A DNA stretch of 64,000 nucleotides from positions 2,122,677 through 2,186,676 of the forward strand of contig CM119271.1 in NCBI GenBank assembly GCA_051294375.1, given 5' to 3'. Position numbers and translations under genes: made by a program. Origin of the DNA: Paraspadella gotoi. Taxonomy: Eukaryota; Animalia; Chaetognatha. Shown here one piece after another: positions 38,901 through 57,800 of this stretch (its first letter is position 1; each line of letters begins with the position of its first letter). The notes beneath the pieces were generated by a model. The model was not told the DNA's origin. It saw only the letters and a list, made by a program, of their open reading frames with translations, and searched no databases.

Positions 38901-40860
38901 GACGTCGTTGGCCGTCATCTCGTGGAGGATGACGCAACACCAGTAGATGACGTCGGCGTCGACGTCGGTGGAGGCGTGGCGAAAGCAGGAGACCAGAGGA
39001 AGAAGGAGAGATTCTCTGGGAAGAAAGGGGGAGAACGTTGGAGAAAATTTAACCATTTTAACAATAAATTATATGTATTTTGATGCTGGGCGAAGTAAAA
39101 TATAGTATTCCCCGATCTAATACTTAATACTTACTTTTCATATAATTGAAGCATTCTTTGAAACGTTATACCACTTCATTGATAAGGAAGCTAGGTACTC
39201 TGAGAGTGAATAAACGAGACTGTGAGAGAGTCTTGATTGAAGGGACCTGATATGTCATTGTCTTGTAAGAGTGATGGAGGCCTTAAACCACCAAAGTCAG
39301 GGGCGAGATAGCTTTTTTTTATTAAATGAATGGATAATTTTCATATTGGTTGTACCAATTTCATAAAACAATTTAATCCTGAACATGGTATTTCCAATTT
39401 ATAAACGATCGATCGGAAAAAAATAAATAAATAACAGTATGGACAAAAGTTGAAACTTAAATTTAACTACCAAGTTGAGCTTTATTCTTACTTTTGAATG
39501 AGCATCTTCAAAAGCGACTGGATCCCGACGGATCGCGATCCTCTCGCTCCCTCCACCTCCGCCGTCGTTTTGAAAAAGATGACGAGGATTTGCAGGCCGA
39601 GTTTCTCCAAGACGGGTTCGCCTGAAGGAACACACAAAATGTTTATTTTTTCTATTTTATAATAGGAAAATATAATAGGACATATTTAAGCTCTTATTTC
39701 ACAACCCAACTTTTAGCAACAAAAAAAAACAATCACGCGGACCTTGATATTTTCTCAAGGCGTTGGTGACGACGGCGGCGGCCTCGTCGATGTTCAAATG
39801 TTCGCCACCGGCGAGCAACGCCAACTGGTGCAGCAGGAAAAACCCGAATCGGACGACGTCCTTGGACGGCGCCGCTTGCACCAGCGCCACCACCGTCGAC
39901 AGGAAACCAGGGCGTCGCTCCATGAGGAACGATTTGGCCGGCGCCGCGTCAACGGTGACGCGGAAGAGAGCGCCGAGAGCGACTTTGAGAAGATAAAGGG
40001 TGGTGGGTCGCGAGTTGGGAAGAGATGGACTCGGCGCTGTGGTGAAGGAAGGATCTCTCGAAGGAATTTGGTCTGGAGGATCAAAAGGTTCAGCATCGTC
40101 GGAACGAGCATCCTCATCCTCCTCGGCTACGGAGGGTAATCCGGACCCACGTTGCCGTTTATCCCGAAAGCCTTTCGCCAAGGCCTCAACCACTGAGGCG
40201 AGGGTATCGACGAGGTCGTGGGTTTGTGGATGGCCGTGAAACCAGGGGGAAGTCCCGCGGGAGTTGGAGAGTCCATTGATGGTGAGGCAAGCCTGGGAGA
40301 GGAGAGAAAATAAATCGGTAACGAGTAGAGCAACATTTTTAGATGTTATATCATTAGTATTTTTAAAAACTAACCAAAACGGCCAAAGCTTTGGCGCCTT
40401 CTTCGTCATTCACATTTTCCGAAAGACGCCGGCAGAACTTGAAGATGGTCGCCAGATGAGGCGAAGTCGGTGAGTTAGCAGAAGTTTCCGTGACCTTGAA
40501 AATGCAGAGCTCAATCGCGTGTTTGCGCAATTGCGGATTGTCGCACGTTGCTGAGGGGGATAGAAAATTCAAGAAGAGAAAACATAACCGAAATAATAAA
40601 AGGAATTATTTTTTACTTAATTTTTTCCTAACGCCCCCTCGTATCTCACCCAGTTTGACGAGGTCCTGAAACTTAATGGCGTGCTTGGAGGATCCCCCGA
40701 CCGCAGATGACAATTCCGTCAACGGGAGGCGCTCTGTCCTCTTCCTCTTTCGCCGCTTGGGTTTTCGCCTCCGCCTCCACCGCAGTCGACGCAGCAGGAC
40801 GCCGAGACCGACAATGCCGACACTGACGGCGCAGGCAATGGCGGCGCGTTTAAGGGACAT
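32961..40860 (-). CDS. Membrane-anchored ARM-repeat protein with a SPRY domain and a probable second degenerate SPRY
   Basis: N-terminal TM plus basic patch, then many helical ARM-like exons (e.g. LLWAVASLLNLA). SPRY motifs WTFESGRAT, GWYFEVTL..GIIQLGWA, GVGDSKWSFAFDG, YPAASF and FNFGASNFRY. More than 15 exons; model approximate. Confidence 0.75.
34960..35192. repeat. Dispersed intronic repeat family, near full-length copy
   Basis: Aligns by eye along its length with 39135-39365. Confidence 0.9.
39135..39365. repeat. Dispersed intronic repeat family, near full-length copy
   Basis: TTTTCATATAATT...CATTCTTTGAAA...GGTACTC...TTGGTTGTACCAATTTCATA. Confidence 0.9.
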
Positions 40861-41202
40861 GGCGCTTAAATAGGAAATCGCTCCATGATGAAATGATAAA
40901 ATACAAAAAATGAAAGGCTAAGCTCAAACGGTAAAATCAAACATGGATCAGGTTTCCAGAAAAAAAGTAATAAAATAAAACGGCGTTGAAACGTTCTCCG
41001 ACGTGAATTTTGTAGCTTATGATGTCGACAAAATCACGGAATTTGTTTTTCGAAATCCAAAATAAAAATGCATATCACGACGACGACATAAGTTTTGTTT
41101 GAACAAGAGATCGCATATTTAAAGTCTTTCGTTTGGTTATTTTGGGTTCGTACTTTGTTTCGGAGGCAAGAGTCGCCAATGAGACCTAATGATCTTCCTC
41201 AC

Positions 41203-49830
<8,628 letters not shown>

Positions 49831-50027
49831 TGCGCAATTCACTTGTCTATCGATCGAAAAGATAAAAGATTCGGTTTTTCTTTTTCAAGATATAATCCGA
49901 GAGAAATGAAAGGAAGGTTCCACAGCACAAACGAACAAAACTGATTACATTTAACAAGGGGGGCGACTAAATATAAATTTCGCGCCATCACATTTTTTTT
50001 AAAAAACAACCCGTTTCGCCTCTTGAG

Positions 50028-50285
50028 TCATTTCTTCAAAAGGTGATGTTCTTTGGCGGCGTCCGTCCTTCCCTTGTACTTCTCTTCAAGCCACTGAGCA
50101 TCCTTGACGGCCTGGGAGTAAATCTGCTCGATTCTTTGAGGGTCGTCCTCGTCGGCATGGCTGTTGAAGGCCTGCCGCACCGAGTGTTTGTAGTGGGCGC
50201 GGGTGTTTTGCGGCAATTTCTGAATCGTCTTCATCAAATATCGATAAAGCGAGCGACCGCTGGAGATATTCGCCGAAACGCTCAT
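50028..50285 (-). CDS. LYRM9: LYR motif-containing protein 9
   Basis: LYRYLMKTIQKLP...HYKHSVRQAFNSHADEDDPQRIEQI...DAQWLEEKY; ATG at 50285. Confidence 0.9.
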   Translation of the reverse strand: MSVSANISSGRSLYRYLMKTIQKLPQNTRAHYKHSVRQAFNSHADEDDPQRIEQIYSQAVKDAQWLEEKYKGRTDAAKEHHLLKK

Positions 50286-50479
50286 TGTTTTCCGTATGGG
50301 AGAAAAGTGAGATAAACCGAGAAGAATGCCACGAGTGTCAACGCATCTTAATTGTCGCACTGAAATGACACCCTTTTAAAATCGATGCACGTATTCAAGG
50401 AAGCATCGGAAGCCATTTCAAAACAACAATATAAGCCCGACCAATCGCGCGCAATCAAAGCTGCGTTTGAATACAAATG

Positions 50480-51645
50480 TCATCTTTTTAGCTGATGGTC
50501 TTTATCCGTCAAAGGCACGAAGATGACGCCCATTAATTTATCGACGCGGAACTGACCGTCGAGGGTCTTCTCGACCCGCAGCAACACCTGCTCCGTGTCG
50601 ACGGCGCTCGAGGCTTCCGGCCCGACCGGCACGATCATCACGCCGCCTGGCGCCAATTGTTCCGCAAGTGTTGCAGGGAATTCCGGCGAGGCGGCGCCTA
50701 CGTGGATGGCGTCGTAGGGCGCGGCAGGGGGAAAGCCGAGCCTCCCGTCGCCGACTACGAAGGAGAGGGGACCGGCGTTGTTCGAAGCCGCTTCGCCGTC
50801 CTTTAAAAATTCGCCGTCCGCCTCTACGACGCCAGAATCTCGCAACAAAGCCGGATCGTCGGAGGCTACGTTTTCCAAGGAACCGCTCAGCAGTTCGGGT
50901 ATGTGATCGATCCCGATCACGCGGCCGGCGCCGCCTACCATCCTCGCCAAGCAGGCGCTGAGAAATCCGGTGCCGCTGCCGACATCCAGCGCCCGAGCGC
51001 CAGGAAAGAGACGATCCTTGAGGTGCTCGAGCGCCGTGGCGTGCATGTGGGGGGCGCTGATCGTTGCGCCGTGACCTAAGAGCGATAAAGCGAAAAAAAA
51101 AATTAACGTCCTATTAAACTACTTTTATTTGTATCGTTTGATTACCGATGCCGAGAGGCCTGTCCCAGTAAGTTGCGGACGCGGCGACTTTCCTCCCTTC
51201 CTCCGTCGCCATCTTGGATCCGCCAGCGACGTAGTGGCGCCTGTCTGTGGCCGAAAAGGCCCGGCCGACGGCCTCCGACCGAATCGCATCCTTCGCCCGA
51301 AGGAAATCCACCAACTCTTCGTGAGAGGAGATGCTCAGTCGGCCGCTTCGTGCGTCTGGGAGAAAAAGGTAACAAAAGGATCAGGTGTTGGAAAAAGACA
51401 ACTAACAACAACAAATTTGGCTAACCCAGAGTCATCTTCAAAATCTTGGCCGCCATGATTTGTCGTTTTCTAAGGGCTTCTTCGTGGGCGGCCTGCGACC
51501 CAGAAGCGCTGCTGCCGCTGCCGCCCGAATCCTCGGCGGACGCGGCGCAGGCGCCGTCGTCATCCTCATCGCCCCGCCGTTCCTTCTTCTCGCAAAAGGA
51601 AGAACTGTCAGGCGTCGACGAATCGGGAGTTAACGAATCGCTCAT
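50480..51645 (-). CDS. PCMT1: Protein-L-isoaspartate O-methyltransferase with an acidic/Ser-rich N-terminal extension
   Basis: SHEELVDFL, ATDRRHY, ATISAPHMHA, ALDVGSGTG, GDGRLG..APYDAIHVGAA and LMGVIFVPLT. Confidence 0.93.
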
Positions 51646-51856
51646 GTTCAACAAGAACGGACAAAAGAACAGCGAAACAAATAAATACATCCGCGGGGAC
51701 TGGAGTTTCTCATTTCTCGGAAATCGGTAACGAGAGATAAAACAGAAACGCCACGGTTTCCGAAAAAAAAAACACGATTCATTGTAAAAAGTCATTCTCA
51801 AAGTTCCTCAAATCTATAAATCTATTTCTCTCTTCCCTCCCCCCTAATCCGCGGCG

Positions 51857-54800
51857 TCAAGATCCGCGTCGACGCTGGCTCAACTCCAACTCTTCGTCGA
51901 GTCGTCGATCGTCGTCGTTGTCATCATTGAGCGATGGTAAAGATTCAAAGTCTCGAAGTCTCGACCCGATCTTCAAATCGGATTCGTCGTCGTCGTTCAG
52001 ACGAAAACTTTTCAAATTCATTTCTCGTCTCGTTCGAGGTTTGAAGATCGACCTGGGAAAAGACGGGGAGGTGGTTGGGATAAAGCAGGTTGGCATTAAA
52101 AAACCCACCCAAAAAACCAAAAACCCAGCTAAAAAAAACCAAAAAAACCCACTAAAAAGTGGTTTTTTTTTTTGGTTTTTTTTAAATTACTTAATTTTTT
52201 AATATGAAACATTAAATTGTTGAAGCAAAATTTAAATCATATAAGATATATAATTTTTACAAAGCTTAATATATAATTTAATGATAAAAAATTACCCTAA
52301 ACCTATGTTTCACATGTTTAATATCAGTATCACTTTCGTTGCTGGCTTCTGTACATTTTCCTTATATTAAGTAATCCTAATCATGAATCGCAAATTATGT
52401 AAAGAGCGACACATTAAAAATGATTGCTATCTCTTGATATTATTTAACACAAGGTTAGGGTTCTTTTAAAGCTATTTATCAGAAAAAATTAAACTTCAAT
52501 ATAATTTTTAATTCTTTATGGAATATTAATTCTATATCGGTCCGCCTCGCCACGAAATGCCCTTTTGTTCGCGCTAGTCGATAGATCGCGCGTTTATCAG
52601 AGTAAGAAAAACGAACAAAATAACATCGAAAGATGCAAAAGAAAAAACCAGGGAATGCCGTCACGTGACCGGCCTTGACCAATGGGAGCCCGGCAAATCC
52701 CAAGCCGGCTCCCTCCCTCATCCGGGAATACGGAAGCCTCAAACGTCCCTAGAAGATCCCGGAGGGGCGCTCCACGCGACGTCCCTGCAGTAGAAACGGA
52801 AGAAGGTCTGCGCGCCAGACCAATCTCCCGCGCGAAGGATGACGCCAAGATCCACTCCGCGGGCAAAGGCGTCCGAGACTGCCATAGCGCGCGTCTACCC
52901 CGGGGCGCAGAAACGTCCGCCTCCAAGAAAAGTTCCTTGAGATGGGAGGCGAAACGCTGCGTCGAGAGTTGAAGAGGCGGCGCGGGAGGGCAGAAAAGAA
53001 AATTGTGTGGCGGCGCCAAATCCGAATGGAGAGAGTGCCAAATGCGCAGCGCCTGAACGGGCAGCGGTCCGAGAGCGGCAGCGAATCCAGACGAAACGCC
53101 GGACCCAAGTGTCCGACCCTGTCCGTCTTCGAGAGCGTCGATGGAACAGACGAACGTGATCTGCCGCTAAGGAAAGATAGCCCGCGTCGCAACGAAGAGA
53201 GACGATCTCTGAAGGGCGACGAGCTGACGCTAAAGCGACGAGAAAGAGCGAGCGTCGTAGAAGATCCCTCGGCGCAATCGGAAGTGGCGCCGAGTCGAGA
53301 ATGCGTAAAACCGAGGCCGCATTCCACGTGGGGAAAGTCCGAGTGAGGGAGGGCGTCTCTCGAAAACTACCTTGAGAAGGCGCCGGACCAAAGGATGCTC
53401 TCCAACCCGGCGCTCCCGCCAGGGGGAGAGTAGTTGAGATAGCCGATCTGTGAAGGTTGATTGTGCTGTACGAGAGGCCCTTCTCGCACAGAAAACCGAG
53501 ATATCGTAGGACATCCTCTAGAGAGGCTTGAGATCCTCGAACCTCTCTATCCTGAAGGAAGTGCAGAAAGAGCTCCAAGCTCTGGCGTAGCGCTCTCTGG
53601 TAGAGCCTCTCCAGCTGTCAACGATGACGGAGAAGGTGGAGTCGTCGATGTCGGAGAGATTGTGGCACCGCCTAAAATCCTCCAGACGAGCCTGAAGCGA
53701 TCCGCTTGCGGTTGCGGAAGCCCGGACACGAGGTCGACGACGAGGATCTTCGGCGCCGGAAGCGCCGCGCATCCAGAATCCGAGGAGAAGGAGGCTTGGG
53801 AACCACTTCTGAGCCGGCCAAACGGGTGATCAAGAAAAGGAGCCCCTCGCCTACTCCAGCTTGCGGATCACCATCATCAGCAGAGCAGGGGGAGGAAGGA
53901 GATAGGCCAGGTCGAAGACCCAGCGTTGCGTCAAGGCGTCTATCCCCTCCGCCTCCGGCGTCGCCTCCCAGGCGAAAAAACGTGGAACTTGAGCCGACCG
54001 GGGAGTCGCGAAAAGATCGATGCTGGGGAGACCGAATATGTCGACCATCTGGCGGAAAAACTCCGGAAGGAGTTTCCAGTCCGCCACCTTGCGGCCCCTC
54101 GACGCGCGGCCGTGATGAGATTCTCCTCCGAAGAGAGATGGAATCCTGAAAACCGGATCCTCAGGTTGGAGGCAAGGAGAAGTGTCTCCCTGACTACTTT
54201 GTGGAGAGCCTGCGACCTGCTGCAGCCCCGACGAAGGCAGGTGGGAGAGGCGAGGCTGTCCATCTTCCAAAGGATGGACCGCGCCGTGGAAGGAAACTCT
54301 GAATCGTTGGAGAAGACCCTCAGAAACTGAACTCCACCGCAGCTCCTCCATCGCCGGCGAGTGGAGAGGAACAACGCGGTCGAGATCCTTCTCCGACTTG
54401 TAGAAACGATTGACGTCTCGTTGAATCCTTGCGGACCGGCAGCGTAGCAGCGGTCCTGCCATGGACGCCGCCGTCGAAAGGCCTAAAAGCTGAAGGCACT
54501 GACGAGCACGTGGTGCGGTCGTTGGCAAGAGATTCTCCGCGAGAGAGCGAAGAGTCGTAATTTTCGACTCCGGGAGCGCGATGGAATGGGAGAGCTGTCC
54601 CAAACAAAACGAGGAAATCGAAGCTCTGAGAGGGAGACAGGCTCGACTTCTGAAGGTGGATGATGAATCCCGCCTCCTTGAGTAGCCACACAGCCTTCCG
54701 AGTGGCTCGTCGACAATCGTCCGCCGAGGAACCCAGGATCAAGATGTCTATATAAAAAAGGCATCGAATCCCCTGTGGGCGGAGCCACTGCACTAAGGGC

Positions 54801-57800
54801 CTCGTCGTCTTGGTGAAAAGCCAAGGACCCGTCGAGAGGCCGAATGGAAGGACTCTGTACTGGTAAGAGGCGGCCCTTCAAAAGAAGCGGCAAAATTTCC
54901 GATGATCCTCGTGGATTGGGAGATGGAGATAAGCATCTCGAAGGTCTATCGAGGCACCCCAATCGCCTCGTCGAAACATCCTTCGTACGTCCGGTGCTCC
55001 TTCCAACCGGAAATAAGGCGGCGAAAGGAACGAGAGTTGAGCTTTTTAAAGATCAAAATCGGACGCCAGCCTCCATCTTTCTTCGTAACGAGGAAAAACT
55101 TGGAAAAGAAACCCGGAGAAACCGGGACTACCTCGATGGCGTTCTTCTCCGAAGCCGCCGCAATCTCCGCGCCGACAAAGGCGTCTCGGTCTCCAAAAGA
55201 TGGTGTCTCGTCCAGGGGAGAGGGAAGCGTGCTGGAATCTGCTTCGCCCCCTCGAGGCGGAAACCCGAGAAGTTATCGAGAATGGGCGACGTCTCGCCAA
55301 CGAGCGTCATCCAACGGGTTGAAAGAGACGAAGCCGACCTCCGACGGTCCTTCACATTGATATGGAGAGGGCATCCGCAGTCGACCAGGTTCCCTCGACA
55401 GCTGGCCCTGATGGAGAACCCCCCATCCCTGCGACGAAGCATCCGTCGCCACCTCCAGCGTGCAGACCTCCAGAAGGAGGTCGTGGATCGGAGCGAAGCA
55501 CTGGTCTGGAGAGAGGGCTGCGAGGACTTCCGGAAGAAGCGCCGGCGTGGAAAGGTTCGTGTCGAGACTCGAGTCCATGGGCGGATCCAGGCCTAAAACC
55601 TGGGCGGTCGGACGAGGCGGCGACGGCGAGGCGTTTGAGTCATTCGCCGGGACGCGAGTCCCGGCCCTCCCGTTCCCGACTTCTTGCGGGGAGCAGACTT
55701 CTTGGTCCACTTGCGCTTGAAGGAAGACTTCGAGCGGAAACGAGGGCGCTTGTCGGCAGCGGGTTTGGCGCGAGCGACGTTTCGTAGAAGCGTCGAGTTG
55801 AGCGCCGACTCCACTGCGCTTCCTGAATACAAAAAGGAAGATGCGGTGGGCGCGGAGCGAGAAAGCGTGGCGCGGAGATCCTGCGGCGCCACAGCGAGTA
55901 CTTGGCGGCGGATCTCGCCGACAAAGGTTGAGGGAACGCCGCTTGAATAAGAGCCGCGTCGCGAACGGGGCGGCAAGGGCGTCAACGCTAGCGCTGACCT
56001 CATTTCTGGACGAGCCGGAACGGAGAGCCTCCTTGATTCCGCGCAGCTCATCGGCAACTGTAAGGATGGCATGCGCGGTAGCGCCGTTCTCCTGCATCGC
56101 ACAGAAAAGGAGCGGAGAGTAGCCGCGTTCTCCTTGGAAACGCCGACTCGAATTGACGGAGAGGCACGTGTCCGGCGTCGGAGCGGTGAACTCCGGAGGA
56201 GAAGCGACGTCGATCCAGGGCGTATACTGCCGGTCGTTGGGCGTCCCAGCGAGTTCCAGTTGGCCGTGAGGAAGACCCCTTCCCCAACGCAGCGAAGAGA
56301 ACGCCACATGTCACGAACCTGGAACCGGCGCCGACCTGCTCGTGGGCAGGAAGTCGTCGAAAACGCCGACGTGTCATCCGAAGACGAAACTTCTCCTCCT
56401 CCGCCGAATCGGAGTACTTGGCGTCCGGATCCGGAACTGTGTGGGATTGATGACGCTGGGTAGAGGCGAGACCGTGTGACGGTCCGAGGCGGGCGCCCGA
56501 TCTGAGAGGGGGCCGCCTACTGGAGTCGGAACAGCATGGAAGGAATTCGAGACTCGTCAACGAGGCGAAGCGTAGTGGAGAGAAAAACCGGACCGATATG
56601 GAATCGTCACATGTAAAAAAACGTAAGCGGTAAACAAATTAGCGCGAGAATTAAACGGAAAAACTCCCGAACCCCCCCCTCCCTTCTCCCCAACCCCCTT
56701 TCCCTAAGCCACGCCAAAGCCACGAAAAACATGGTAGGAGACAAAAAGGGGCGGACGGTGGGATGGTGGCGAGGGCGGACCGATATAGAATTAATATTCC
56801 ATAAAGGAATTAAAAAATTCTCATATCGGTCCGCCTCGCCACGAAATGCCCCATGCCAAGAGGCGGAGGAAAGCGGTTATTTCAACAAAAATATTTCGAT
56901 CGAATCAGACGAAATAAAAATTCTAAAAATTCCAAAAATCGAATAATTCGAAAAAAGAAAAAGAAATAAAGGAGAAACAAAAGAGGGAGGGCGAGGCGTT
57001 TGAAAAACGAGCTAAAAACCCACTACGCCATCTGGGGGAAAAACTCACCGCCCCAAAGCGTCGAAACGCCGCTGAGACTCGCGGCAAAAATCGTCGAAAT
57101 CCTTCCTAAAGCTGTTCAGTGACGAAACCATCGTCGAAAGGAACAGACTCCAGTCCTCTGGTCTCGTCATCGGCAGTGGGGATGACCAGACCGGCCGCCA
57201 CTTGGTCCGAGAGCAGCAAGAGAGGGCGCCTCGGACGAAGCCACCGCTCGGGGCCGGCAACGGAAAAAGTCGGTTGGTACGGGCCGAGTCCCCAAAACCG
57301 ACGGAATCGGGCTGCCGAAAACCGCGGTAAAGGGGGAGAAGGCGGTGTCGGTGGGGCAGGTGGCGGCGGGGGCGAGACCGCTCGGTCTCCCTTGGACCTC
57401 TCGAGCCCCGAGGGACCTCCAATCCCTCTACGTTTAGAGACTTGTCCGAACGTTTTCGGCTGTCAGACTTCTTGTCCGAACTTCGTCTCTGCTTGATGAC
57501 TTCTAATGAGCGGGTTTCGAACGTAGATATACGAGAAAATCGTGAAAAAGTCAAGAAAAAACGCGAAATCAGAATGGATACAACCGAACTAGATGAGCGC
57601 GAAAAAAGAATTGAGGCTTCCGTATTCCCGGATGAGGGAGGGAGCCGGCTTGGGATTTTGCCGGGCTCCCATTGGTCAAGGCCGGTCACGTGACGGCATT
57701 CCCTGGTTTTTCTTTTTTGCATCTTTCGATGTTATTTTGTTCGTTTTTCTTACTCTGATAAACGCGCGATCTATCGACTAGCGCGAACAAAAAGGGCATT

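Noticed and set aside
52479-52742. Near-identical ORFs at 52479-52742 (-) and 57593-57781 (+)
   Set aside because: They are translations of the DIRS ITRs, not genes.
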